Below are positions 20,083 through 29,543 of a DNA stretch of 64,000 nt, piece by piece; positions within the stretch are counted from its first letter, which is position 1, and every line of letters starts with the position of its first letter. Where the stretch lies: the NCBI GenBank assembly GCA_011048835.1, contig DSDF01000045.1, positions 3,565 to 67,564 of the forward strand, in the 5' to 3' direction. Source of the DNA: Methanoculleus sp. GTDB taxonomy: Archaea; Halobacteriota; Methanomicrobia; Methanomicrobiales; Methanomicrobiaceae. Below the pieces are notes generated by a model. The model was not told the origin of the DNA, searched no databases, and saw nothing but the letters and a program-made list of their open reading frames with translations. A program made the position numbers and the translations under genes.

Positions 20083-22305
20083 CTACGTTGCGGACAGAAT
20101 TCGTCTGTGCTCGCCGCATGTGGCGCATTCGGACAGCAGGTGCCGCACCTGGTCCAGCGACACCATACTGAACCGCGCCTTCGAGGGTTCGAGCCCGACC
20201 TTGATGGAATACGCGCTCGCCGGGAGCGCCCCGAAGAGGTATTCGTCGGTCCAGTCGTCGCCGAGGGCGAGAATGAAGTCCCATTCGGCCCGCGAGATCC
20301 AGTGCTGTGCGGCGCGTCCCTTGTTGATGCTGGCGTTTTTCACCTCGATGACCTTGTTGCCTTCGAGAATGTCGATACCCCGGTTGGCGGTGAAATCGAT
20401 CAGGGTGTCCTTGAGCTCGATCGCCCGCGTGACGCCGAGTTCGGGGTCCGCCTTGCGGTAATGCCAGACCAGTGAGTAGGGTTTTACCTCCACAAAGGTG
20501 CCCGGGGTGCGCTCCACGAACCTCTCGAGCACGGGAAGGACCTCCACTTTCCAGTCGTCATCGAGCGCCTCGATCATCTCCCATGCACCGCCCCGCTCCC
20601 GTATCCAGATGCCGTGTTCGGCGATGAACCCCACATCAAATCCGCCGAACCACCGCTCGAGCGTCTCTTTGTCCCTGCCGCTGATAATCACCACCTCGTT
20701 GCCGGGTATCGCGATCAGGTTCTTCATAATTGTCGTTAATTCTCGATCAGGGACTGCTTTTTCGGGCCGGGCCGCGAAGGGAACCAGTGTCCCGTCATAG
20801 TCGAGCAGGATCAGCCGCGAATCGCTTGAGCGGTACTCCCCGAGGAGGCGGAAGCGCAGGTTCTGCGAAAGGAGGCGTGCTTCCAGCTCCATCTGGTGTT
20901 TCCTGACGGATCTCAGGCGCTGGAGGAAATCCTCCGCCCAGCGCTGGACATGGTAGCGCTGGAGCCGGTTCTGCATCCCCCGGTTGCGTTCGATCTGCTC
21001 CTGTTCGGGCATGGCGAGTGCGGTCTCGATGGCCTGCACGATCCCGTCCTCGTCAAAGGGGTTGACGATCACCGCCTCGCCCAGCTCCATCGCCGCTCCC
21101 GCCATTTCGCTGAGAATGAGCACGCCCCGTCCGTCCTCTTTCGTGGCGAGGTACTCCTTGGCCATCAGGTTCATGCCGTCGCGCAGCGGCGTCACCACGG
21201 CGACGTCGGCGGCATGGTAGAGTGCGACGAGATTTGAGAACGGGAGCACGTCGTAAAAGTACTGGATCGGCGTCCAGTCAAGGGTCCCGTATTTGCCCAC
21301 GATGTTGCCGATCAGCTCGTCGACCTCTTTTTTCAGCGACTGGTACTGGGTCACGGTGGTCCGCGAGGGGACGGCAACCACGATCATCACCACCCTGCCC
21401 CGCCAGTCGGGATTCTTTTCTAAAAATACGTCGAACGCCTTGAGCCTCTGGGGGATGCCCTTGGTATAGTCGAGCCGGTCGAAGGAGAGCAGGATTTTCT
21501 GGTTGGCGTATTTTTTCCGTATCTGGTGGATCTCTCTGCGGACATCGCTCCGGTGCACCGATTCGGCAAACCGGGTATAATCGATGCCCATGGGAAAGGT
21601 ATCTGCCCTGACAAGCCGGGTTCCCGCCTTGATCTCGCCATAGCTGTGCTCGTACCCCACCATCCTGCGGACACTGGTGAGGAAATGGCGGACATAGTCA
21701 TAGGTATGGAACCCGACCAGATCCGCTCCCAGCAGGCCGCGGAGCAGCTCCTCCCGCCATGGCAGCATGCGGAAGAGTTCGTTGGAGGGAAACGGAATAT
21801 GCAGGAAAAAGCCGATTGCGGCATCCGGGATACGCTCCCTGATCATCGCGGGAAGGAGCATCAGGTGGTAGTCATGGACCCAGATGGTATCGCCTTCCCG
21901 GTACTGCGCAACGACCGCATCGCAGAATCTCCTGTTCACCGAGCGGTATGCTTCCCAGGTACATGTGTTCCATGAACATAGCGACCTGAAATAGTGGAAT
22001 AGCGGCCAGATGGTGGAATTGCAGAACCCCCCATAGTAGTGCTCGATCTCGTCTTCGGGAAGGTGAACGGCACGGCAGGCAATCTCCTCCAGCGACGCGT
22101 CAATCGCTTTCTTCTGCTGGTCGTCGAGGTGTTCCGACGGGATGCCCGACCATCCGATCCACGTGCAATCGTACGTGCTGTAAAATGAGCCAAGGCCTGT
22201 CGACAACCCCCCGACGCTCGGCTCAACGGTAACATTTCCGTCATCCAGGATGAGGTTCACCGGGAGACGGTTTGCAACAATAAGTATTCTCTGCATTGGC
22301 GGCAA
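20083..22305 (-). CDS. otsAB: Bifunctional trehalose-6-phosphate synthase/phosphatase (OtsA-OtsB fusion)
   Basis: The N-terminal GT20 domain has [18 protein letters not shown] and [10 protein letters not shown]. The C-terminal HAD domain has LLDYDGTL and ISGRD. Confidence 0.9.
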   Translation of the reverse strand: MPPMQRILIVANRLPVNLILDDGNVTVEPSVGGLSTGLGSFYSTYDCTWIGWSGIPSEHLDDQQKKAIDASLEEIACRAVHLPEDEIEHYYGGFCNSTIWPLFHYFRSLCSWNTCTWEAYRSVNRRFCDAVVAQYREGDTIWVHDYHLMLLPAMIRERIPDAAIGFFLHIPFPSNELFRMLPWREELLRGLLGADLVGFHTYDYVRHFLTSVRRMVGYEHSYGEIKAGTRLVRADTFPMGIDYTRFAESVHRSDVRREIHQIRKKYANQKILLSFDRLDYTKGIPQRLKAFDVFLEKNPDWRGRVVMIVVAVPSRTTVTQYQSLKKEVDELIGNIVGKYGTLDWTPIQYFYDVLPFSNLVALYHAADVAVVTPLRDGMNLMAKEYLATKEDGRGVLILSEMAGAAMELGEAVIVNPFDEDGIVQAIETALAMPEQEQIERNRGMQNRLQRYHVQRWAEDFLQRLRSVRKHQMELEARLLSQNLRFRLLGEYRSSDSRLILLDYDGTLVPFAARPEKAVPDRELTTIMKNLIAIPGNEVVIISGRDKETLERWFGGFDVGFIAEHGIWIRERGGAWEMIEALDDDWKVEVLPVLERFVERTPGTFVEVKPYSLVWHYRKADPELGVTRAIELKDTLIDFTANRGIDILEGNKVIEVKNASINKGRAAQHWISRAEWDFILALGDDWTDEYLFGALPASAYSIKVGLEPSKARFSMVSLDQVRHLLSECATCGEHRRILSAT

Positions 22306-22558
22306 CTCAAAAACCGAAATTTCCGGCGATTATTGAATTTTTATGTTGCCATGATATTAATTATTTACCCTCTATATTATTGCACATATTTTTATCGACC
22401 TGCAGGCCCCGATCCCGGCCGGGACCATTCTCGTCGGCCTGCTGTCTATTCTTTGGAATTTATATTCTATGAAGGCGTACATAGCGCCATATGCACACGC
22501 CCGGCGCCGTTCGGCAGCAGTCTCGCATCCGATTGTCCGCAGCACATACTGGATACCC

Positions 22559-23956
22559 ATGAACAACATCTGGATTCTTGCAGTAATTGTTGGATTGGTA
22601 TGCCTCGTGCCCTCCGGGGCGGCAGCACCCGAAAGTCCGGTCTGTACATGGTACTTCACCGCCGTGGGATGCAGCAACTGTGCCGATATCGATCCCCTTG
22701 TGCTCGGTGACTGGCTGGAGACATACCCCGACCTCGTGGTGATCGAGTATGAACTCTATGAACACGCAGGGAACGCTCCCGTGTATGACCGGTTTATCGG
22801 GCAGTATAACCTCGAATACGGGATCCCGCTGTTTTTCATCTCCCCCGACTCTGCGCTGCGGGGCGTCCGCCAGATCACCCGGGAGGGTCCGACCGTGCTC
22901 AACGGGATCGACGGGGAAGTGGGCGTCCTGCACCTTGCCTCCTTGCGCATAGCTGAGCTCGAGGGCTCTCCGAAGATCTGGTGCAGGGATCGCATCCTGA
23001 TCCGCTCGGGTGCGGGAGGCGATGATGCCCTTCTGCGGCAGGTGCTCGTCGCCGATGATGTCGGTGTGGCGCTCGAAGGGCACGTGGTTGCTCCCTGCGA
23101 GCCAGATGTCGTGAAACGGTCGGGAAGCGGGGTTGCCTTTGACCATGCGGTGCGGGTGGAAGGATGGATCGTCCAGTGGCGAGGGGCGCCACTGCGTGAT
23201 CCCGTCTCGCCCGTATTGTCCGCACCGTCAGGCGAATCCCGCATGATGAATGGGACCGCACCGCCGCATACCCTCCCGAAAATCGTTGCCCTCGCCTTCG
23301 TCGATGCCGTCAACCCCTGCGCACTGGCCGTGCTTGCGCTCGTGCTGATGAGCGTCATGGCGAGCAGCGCCGGATCGCCCAGGAGGGTACTGTGGGCGGG
23401 GATTGCATTTTCGGCCGCCATATTTATCATGTATTTCATCTACGGCCTCGTCATCGTGAGCCTCTTTTCGCTTGCGGCTGAGGTGGCGGGGATGCGGCAG
23501 ACGGCAGGCCTCATCCTCGGGTCATTCGCCATTCTGCTCGGGGCGGCGCAGCTGTACGATGCACGGGTCGCCGGAACCGGGAAGTCCGTCACCGGTATGC
23601 CCGAAGGATTCCGCTCCACCGTCAGCCGGCTCGTCGCTTCCATCTCCTCGGTTCCCGGGGCGTTCCTGATTGGGATGCTTGTCACGGTATTTCTCCTCCC
23701 CTGCACTATTGGGCCGTATATCATCGCCGGCGGCGTGCTCTCCCCCATGGGCCTCATTGCGACCCTTCCCTACCTGCTCCTGTACAACGCGATCTTTATC
23801 CTTCCCATGCTCGCCATCACGGCGGCAGCAGGGCTTGGGCTGGGCAGGACGGAACGGTTTTCGGCGTGGAGGAAAAAGCACCTACGGGCCATCCACGCTC
23901 TCTCCGGCGTCATCATGCTCGTCTTCGGGTTCGGGCTCGTAACCGGGTTGTTCTAA
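22559..23956 (+). CDS. Fusion of an extracytoplasmic thioredoxin-like CxxC domain with a CcdA/DsbD-type membrane thiol-disulfide transporter
   Basis: A signal anchor MNNIWILAVIVGLVCLV is followed by GCSNC (CxxC at 22670-22681). The C-terminal 6-TM region has conserved Cys in VNPCALAVL and LLPCTIGPY, as in CcdA. Confidence 0.7.
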   Translation: MNNIWILAVIVGLVCLVPSGAAAPESPVCTWYFTAVGCSNCADIDPLVLGDWLETYPDLVVIEYELYEHAGNAPVYDRFIGQYNLEYGIPLFFISPDSALRGVRQITREGPTVLNGIDGEVGVLHLASLRIAELEGSPKIWCRDRILIRSGAGGDDALLRQVLVADDVGVALEGHVVAPCEPDVVKRSGSGVAFDHAVRVEGWIVQWRGAPLRDPVSPVLSAPSGESRMMNGTAPPHTLPKIVALAFVDAVNPCALAVLALVLMSVMASSAGSPRRVLWAGIAFSAAIFIMYFIYGLVIVSLFSLAAEVAGMRQTAGLILGSFAILLGAAQLYDARVAGTGKSVTGMPEGFRSTVSRLVASISSVPGAFLIGMLVTVFLLPCTIGPYIIAGGVLSPMGLIATLPYLLLYNAIFILPMLAITAAAGLGLGRTERFSAWRKKHLRAIHALSGVIMLVFGFGLVTGLF

Positions 23957-23975
23957 GCGGTGCGGGGCCGCAGGT

Positions 23976-24482
23976 CTACCCGAGCATCGCCTCCAGATCC
24001 CGGCACACGGCGGGCAGTATGCGGTCCCATTTCTCCCTGCCGAGGGCCCGCAGGAGGGCATCAGCCCGTGCCTTGATCGCCTCGATCTCCGCAGGCCCCC
24101 GGAGGGCGATGGTGGCGAGCAGGGTGCCGGTGGTCGTGCGAAACCGCTGCGAATACCATTCCATCCTGCCGATTTCATCGATGACGATATATGGATGCTC
24201 CGGTGCATTGAGGCGGATCGCCCCGAGAAACGCCTCGAATCCCTCCACATCGACCCCGTACTTCCCGACCCTGCAGGGGCCCCCGATGCGGGTGTGGGCG
24301 AGGAGGCCCCGGCCCCCCTCAAATCCCACGAGGGCGAATCCCGCTCTTCTTCCCTCTTCTCTGATCTCTTCGGTGTAGAACCCGCCGAAGGGCCGCCCTG
24401 CAAACGCTTCTGCAACGCGCGTGATGAGGGTCGTCTTGCCTGAACCCGGCGGTCCCGTGACGAGCAGGTTGGTGCGGGCGAC
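23976..24482 (-). CDS. THEP1/NTPase-1 family nucleoside-triphosphatase
   Basis: MVARTNLLVTGPPGSGKTTLITRVAE (Walker A) and YIVIDEIGRME (Walker B). The track ORF extends to 24542. Confidence 0.75.
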   Translation of the reverse strand, partial: VARTNLLVTGPPGSGKTTLITRVAEAFAGRPFGGFYTEEIREEGRRAGFALVGFEGGRGLLAHTRIGGPCRVGKYGVDVEGFEAFLGAIRLNAPEHPYIVIDEIGRMEWYSQRFRTTTGTLLATIALRGPAEIEAIKARADALLRALGREKWDRILPAVCRDLEAMLG

Positions 24483-24547
24483 CATGGTCTTCCGGCACGA
24501 GGGTGCGGCGCATCCATGCATAGCCTTTTTGTCCGGACGCACTCACG

Positions 24548-26815
24548 TCAGCTGCCGCCGGCAAGCAGTGCGACGATCTCCTCAAGTACCATTTCCGTCG
24601 CCTGTTTGTCCAGCGGCTGGTTGTCGTTGCCGCATTTCGGCGAATAGATGCACCCGGGGCACCCGTCGTCGCAGGGGCACTCCCGCACCACGGCGAGGGC
24701 GGCGGCGGCGATCGCCTCGAAGAGCGCGTATCCCTTCTCCGCAAGCCCGATCCCCCCTTCGACCCCGTCGTAGATCAAAATGGCGGGGGAACCGGTCGAA
24801 GGGAACCACGACGATGAAAACCCCCCGATGTCCCGCCGGTCGCAGAGCACGAGGGAAGGCATGATGCCGATGAGTGCATGCTCGGCGCCGTGGAGCCCGC
24901 CCGCGAGGTGAAGGCCGGCGCGGGCGAGACGGTCGCATACCGTTTCGGGGATGGTGCACCAGACCCCCTTCGTGGCAAACCGGAGCGGGGGGAGATCGAG
25001 CGGTTCGGTTGCGATCACCCGGTCGTACCGTTTGATGCGGTACGAAACCGTGTGCTCCACCACCTCCACGTCGCCGAACACGAGGCCGAGACCACCGGCG
25101 TCCCTGCGAAACCGCCCGGCGATGATCCTCGCCTCGATGGTGGTCAGGGGTTCGGTGGAGAGATCGGTCTCCTCCTTTCTCAGGCGTATGCGGTGGGCTT
25201 CGACATCGAGGTCGTCGACGAGGTATGTCTCTCCCTGGTGCAGGAACACGGCGCCCGGGTGCGCCTCCCGAAACGCCTGCGACCGGTCTATGGTCTCGAG
25301 CACGGATCCGTTGCACAGAACGCGGTAGGTCTCCCCGGACCCCGACCCGAGACCGACCGCTTCGGTCGCTCGTCCCCGTCCTGCATAGATCCACCGCCCC
25401 TTGCTCATCCTGAGCAGGTACTGCGCCTCGAGCGCGCCGGCGATCTCTGCCGATCCGTCCCCGAAATAGCGTGCACAGTCGGCGGCAGCAAGTGGGGCCT
25501 CGGCCGCGGCGCAGAGCAGGTGACCGGCGACGATGTAGGGGTTTGCCAAATCGATGATGGCATGCTCGCTCGCGCCTTCGAACAGCGCGCCCGGGTGGTG
25601 CATGAAGAACTGGTCGAGGGGGTTATGGGAAGCGACCAGGGCGGCGAAGGACCCGTCATTCCGCCTGCCGGCGCGCCCTGCCTGCTGCCGGGTCGCCATG
25701 ATCGATCCCGGATACCCGGCGATGATCACCGCGTCGAGTGTGCCGACATCGATTCCCACCTCAAGTGCGTTCGTCGACACGAGCCCCCGTATATGCCCGC
25801 ATTTCAGGTTCTCCTCGAGTTCCCGTCTTGTCCCGGGTAGGTACCCGGCCCGGTAGGCGGCGAGCGCCGCCCCCTCCTCTCCCGCCGTCACGAGTGCTGC
25901 GCGCGTATGGAGGGCGAGCAGTTCGGCGTGTTTTCTCGAGGTGGTGAAGCAGAGTGCCTGCAGGCCGTGCTGAATGCACCGGGCGAGAAGATCGCGGGCA
26001 GCCCGGTGAGTGGAGCCCTCTCCCGCCCCCTCTGAATACGGGTTGCAGAGGAGAAACTGCGTCTCCCCGCGGGGCGATCCGTCGTCGTCGATCACCGTCA
26101 CTGGCATCCCGCAGAGGCGGCAGGCGAATTCGCCCGGGTTTGCCACCGTGGCCGTGGAGAGCACGAACTGCGGCGTCCCGCCGTGGAGGTGGGCGATGCG
26201 CAGCAGCCGTCGCAGGAGGAACGCCGCGTGGGAACCGAACACGCCCCGGTAGCGGTGCGCCTCGTCGATGACCACGAACCGCAGGCGGGAAAAGAACGTC
26301 CGCCACCGATCGTGCCACGGGAGAATCTGGTGGAGCTCGTGGGGGTTGGAGAGCAGGATCCTCGCCCGCTCCCGTAGTGCGGGCCGCCGCGAGCGCGGCG
26401 TGTCGCCATCGTAGACCGCGCACCCCGTGGTGATGCCGGTGTACTGCTCGATCTCCCGGATCCCCTTCAGCTGGTCGTGGGCCAAAGCCTTGGTCGGGTA
26501 GAGGTAGAGTGCAGTTGCATCCGGGTGTTGTACGAGGCGTTCGAAGACGGGTAGGTTGAAGGCGAGGCTCTTTCCCGAGGCAGTTGCGGTGGTCATGATA
26601 ACGGATCTGCCCTCCCGGATCGCCTCGATGGCGGCGCACTGGTGGGAGTACAGGCGTATCCTGCGGCGGGCGAGATAGGCTTCGAGCGGTTCGGGGAGTG
26701 GCGGTACGAGCGATCCGAAGACCGCCTCCCGTGCGGGAGTCACTTCGATGTGCGCGATGCTCCGGCGCGTCTCCTGGTGCTGTTCAAGTGCGGCCAAGAG
26801 ATCAGGGATTGCCAT
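24548..26815 (-). CDS. DEAD/DEAH-box helicase with C-terminal DUF1998 zinc module (YprA/MrfA-like)
   Basis: Motif I TATASGKS, motif II VVIDEAHRY, motif VI QQAGRAGRR, and a C-terminal 4-Cys cluster CPCDDGCPGCIYSPKCGN. 755 aa. Confidence 0.85.
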   Translation of the reverse strand: MAIPDLLAALEQHQETRRSIAHIEVTPAREAVFGSLVPPLPEPLEAYLARRRIRLYSHQCAAIEAIREGRSVIMTTATASGKSLAFNLPVFERLVQHPDATALYLYPTKALAHDQLKGIREIEQYTGITTGCAVYDGDTPRSRRPALRERARILLSNPHELHQILPWHDRWRTFFSRLRFVVIDEAHRYRGVFGSHAAFLLRRLLRIAHLHGGTPQFVLSTATVANPGEFACRLCGMPVTVIDDDGSPRGETQFLLCNPYSEGAGEGSTHRAARDLLARCIQHGLQALCFTTSRKHAELLALHTRAALVTAGEEGAALAAYRAGYLPGTRRELEENLKCGHIRGLVSTNALEVGIDVGTLDAVIIAGYPGSIMATRQQAGRAGRRNDGSFAALVASHNPLDQFFMHHPGALFEGASEHAIIDLANPYIVAGHLLCAAAEAPLAAADCARYFGDGSAEIAGALEAQYLLRMSKGRWIYAGRGRATEAVGLGSGSGETYRVLCNGSVLETIDRSQAFREAHPGAVFLHQGETYLVDDLDVEAHRIRLRKEETDLSTEPLTTIEARIIAGRFRRDAGGLGLVFGDVEVVEHTVSYRIKRYDRVIATEPLDLPPLRFATKGVWCTIPETVCDRLARAGLHLAGGLHGAEHALIGIMPSLVLCDRRDIGGFSSSWFPSTGSPAILIYDGVEGGIGLAEKGYALFEAIAAAALAVVRECPCDDGCPGCIYSPKCGNDNQPLDKQATEMVLEEIVALLAGGS

Positions 26816-27884
26816 ACCATTCCTCGAAAAGGCGCTGGAAAAGGCGGGCGAGGGTGACCACGTCCTGCCGGTTGTGTTCGACGATGGGGATGAGGGGGCC
26901 CGGGTTGCCGGTCTTCAGGTATGTCGCGTAGAATTCCGGGACCATGGCGGACGGGACGTCATCCGTCCGCCGGGCACCATGCATCAGGTGCTCGAGTGTC
27001 TGCAGCCTGCAGTCCGGCAGATCGTGTTTCCACCGCCGCCGTGCAAAATGGAGCAGATCGTAGTGGGAGATGCCGGCCACGCCCGGATGGCCGTAGTAGG
27101 CCCTGCGGTCGTTAAAATAGGGCAGGTCGAAGGACCGCCCGTTGAAGGTGACGAGCGCGGTGCGGTCACGCTGGACGTGGGCGCATGTCGCGAGGATGGC
27201 GGCCTCCTCCTCGGCGATATCGCGCAGCAGGTACTGGCACACTTCGATCTCCCCACCTGCAATTCTTCCTGCACCGAACAGGATGATCGGCCGGGAAAAG
27301 AGCCCGAGGGTCTCGATATCGAAAAAGAGAAAATCCTCGATGGCATGAAAGGCCGAGAGCCCGAGGAGGCGCGGGTGCGAGGCGGGGTACCGGTGCATGA
27401 CCATGCGCCTCATCTCGCCGGGATCCGACCGGTCCAGAAGCGCGAGACCCCGGGCGTGCGCGCGATACCGGGGATGGCTGCAGAGATCGTGGAGGGTCGC
27501 ATAGCCCCTCCTCCTCAGTCTGGCTTCGATTTTCGGTCCGATTCCGCAAACGAGGGTGAGATCGGAGGAGAGCCGTTCGCGGATGCGGTGCGGGTCCGGT
27601 ACCCGCAGATCTATCTGCTCGCGGCTCGTGATTTTATAGCAAGCACCGCAGGGGGTATCGATCTCGGCGCCGCAGAACAGCTCCTCGAGCGTTCGGCCAG
27701 CATGGTGCTCGGCAAGGGTCTGTTTCAGCCGCACCGCGCGTGCATACTCCGAGGAAAACAGGCAGGAACCTGCAAAGCCGACTGCGAAAATGTTTCCGTC
27801 GCGGGCGACCTCGTATTCCTGCTGGCTGTCGATACGCTGCCGCCAGCTGTCGGCGACGGTGGTGACAAGGGGCCCCGTTCCCAT
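26802..27884 (-). CDS. RNase H-like (DEDDh) exonuclease with N-terminal helix-hairpin-helix (YprB/MrfB-like)
   Basis: FFDIETLGL (DxE), FNGRSFDLPY and VEHNRQDV (H..D), with an upstream HhH LVCGIGPKIEARLRRRGYATLHDL. The start is placed at the ATG at 27884, because the longer track ORF overlaps the divergent gene at 28030. The stop overlaps the helicase start by 14 nt. Confidence 0.75.
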   Translation of the reverse strand: MGTGPLVTTVADSWRQRIDSQQEYEVARDGNIFAVGFAGSCLFSSEYARAVRLKQTLAEHHAGRTLEELFCGAEIDTPCGACYKITSREQIDLRVPDPHRIRERLSSDLTLVCGIGPKIEARLRRRGYATLHDLCSHPRYRAHARGLALLDRSDPGEMRRMVMHRYPASHPRLLGLSAFHAIEDFLFFDIETLGLFSRPIILFGAGRIAGGEIEVCQYLLRDIAEEEAAILATCAHVQRDRTALVTFNGRSFDLPYFNDRRAYYGHPGVAGISHYDLLHFARRRWKHDLPDCRLQTLEHLMHGARRTDDVPSAMVPEFYATYLKTGNPGPLIPIVEHNRQDVVTLARLFQRLFEEWYGNP

Positions 27885-28029
27885 GGCTCTGCAAGGAGAG
27901 TTCTGCGGGAGTATGCACAACAATCGTGGGCGTGTGGTGTGAAAGTGTTCCCTCCTGCGTTCGGCGGAAAGACGCGGAAATATCGGAAAAACCATATCCG
28001 CCGAAAAAGACCTGAAAGGTACAGGAACA

Positions 28030-29145
28030 ATGGGAATGAAATCACACACCTGCATCGCAGTATGCATCCTATTTCTGGCGCTGACGCTGGGGGGAGGCTG
28101 CCTCGAGGCCGTGCTCGGTTCCTGCCCGCCGGCCGAGTACCCGCGCATCGTTCCTGCAGATCTGGCTGGCCCCATGCAGCCTGCGACCTTTTCGTACCGG
28201 TTTATGAACGATGCGGTAACCGTCACCGTCCCTCTCGACGCAGGCATCTACGAGGGCGCTCGAAACGCGGATAAGTTTGCGTATCTCTTCGAGGATCTGG
28301 AGGAGGAGGAATGGCTTGCCGGGTACTACCGGGCGTTTGTATTTGATGAACATCTCGACGGCCTGTTTGCCGGTCTGCACGACGCCTTCGCATCCGTCCG
28401 GACCACGATGGACCTTGACGATGACGAATGTCTTGAACTCATGGCGGTGTTCGTCCAGTCTCTCCCCTACGAGAGCGATGATGCAGCCGGAGAACCCCGG
28501 TTCCCCATCGAGACGATCGCGGACGGGAGGGGCGACTGCGATGACAAAAGCATTCTCCTTGCCGGCCTGCTCGCCCGGGAAGGCTACGACGTCGTGCTGC
28601 TCTTTTTTAAGCCCGAACAGCACATGGCAGTCGGCGTGCGGGCCGACGGGTGCTCGTACGGCACGACGGGCTATGCGTTTATCGAGACCACCAATGTCAG
28701 TTTTGTGGGCGTGGCTCCTGCCGCGCTGGAGGACGGGCTGGCGATCAGCTCCGATCCGGTCGTGATCCGGATCGGGGAAGGGATGAAGGGGTACGGGAGG
28801 TGTGACCAGACGGCGTATATCGACGCTGCGCTGCATGACGTACTGGACCGGATTGCATCCGGAGAACCGGACCTCCGGCGTGCACACGATGACCTGGCGG
28901 CGGCGTATGCGTCCCTCGAGGAGCTAAGAACGAGAATGGATACGCTTGCGGCGTCGGGGAGAATCGGGGAGTACAACAGTCTCGTCCCTGACTACAACCG
29001 GCAGGTGCAGGAGTATAATGAACAGCTGGAGGAGGTGTCCGGGCGCCAGAATGAATACAATCGAACCATCGAGGTGTACAACTACATCATCACCCACCCG
29101 CACGACCGTACGGGGACCTATGCGTGGCTGAGGGAGCATGCCTGA
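28030..29145 (+). CDS. Putative lipoprotein with a transglutaminase-like cysteine-protease core and a C-terminal coiled-coil/xYN repeat tail
   Basis: A signal peptide with lipobox-like LALTLGGGC; GRGDCDDKSILLAGLLAREGYDVVLL...HMAV...ETT (a Cys-His-Asp/Glu-type core pattern); and a C-terminal EYN/DYN/EYN/EYN/VYN periodic motif. Confidence 0.55.
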   Translation: MGMKSHTCIAVCILFLALTLGGGCLEAVLGSCPPAEYPRIVPADLAGPMQPATFSYRFMNDAVTVTVPLDAGIYEGARNADKFAYLFEDLEEEEWLAGYYRAFVFDEHLDGLFAGLHDAFASVRTTMDLDDDECLELMAVFVQSLPYESDDAAGEPRFPIETIADGRGDCDDKSILLAGLLAREGYDVVLLFFKPEQHMAVGVRADGCSYGTTGYAFIETTNVSFVGVAPAALEDGLAISSDPVVIRIGEGMKGYGRCDQTAYIDAALHDVLDRIASGEPDLRRAHDDLAAAYASLEELRTRMDTLAASGRIGEYNSLVPDYNRQVQEYNEQLEEVSGRQNEYNRTIEVYNYIITHPHDRTGTYAWLREHA

Positions 29146-29482
29146 GGTTGGGTGCCCCCTGGGTGGCGAGCCGGTCGTGCCGCCCGCATGCGCAGATCAG
29201 TTCCCATGCACGGGCGTTTTCCTGCCGGCCCGCGGCAACGAACGGCAGCATTCCTTCGACATCTGGTTGTTTCTGATGATCTGCGGGTGGCGTGATGCCC
29301 GTTCTGCAAGATGTGTGAACGTCTCGAACATAGAATGAAACAGAGATATCCGAATATATGGCACTGTTCCGTGCGAGGGGCGAAAGTAATCACCGCCGCA
29401 GGATCGAGCAGGGCCCTGCCCCCCGCTCGAGTCACTCTTCGGACGCTTCCTCCCGAACGAACCATTATTATCAGGTATTGCC

Positions 29483-29543
29483 AAATGAATCATGGATTTT
29501 TAGATGGATGCCCTGACGACACCCATCCTGTCAGGATTCATTT
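29483..29543. promoter_or_regulatory. Nested inverted repeats immediately upstream of sufC (candidate operator)
   Basis: AAATGAATC (29483-29491) pairs with GATTCATTT (29535-29543). Inside it, GGATG pairs with CATCC and CCTGAC with GTCAGG. A perfect palindrome ATCCTG-T-CAGGAT lies at 29525-29537, about 14 nt before the ATG. Confidence 0.35.

Noticed and set aside
29146-29482. Small ORFs (29118-29465 minus, 29197-29493 minus, 29311-29547 plus) and a TGATGA motif near 29274, possibly a C/D-box sRNA
   Set aside because: The ORF products are low-complexity with no start context. The TGATGA is not accompanied by correctly spaced D', C' and D (CTGA) boxes. No conserved RNase P or SRP RNA motifs were seen.
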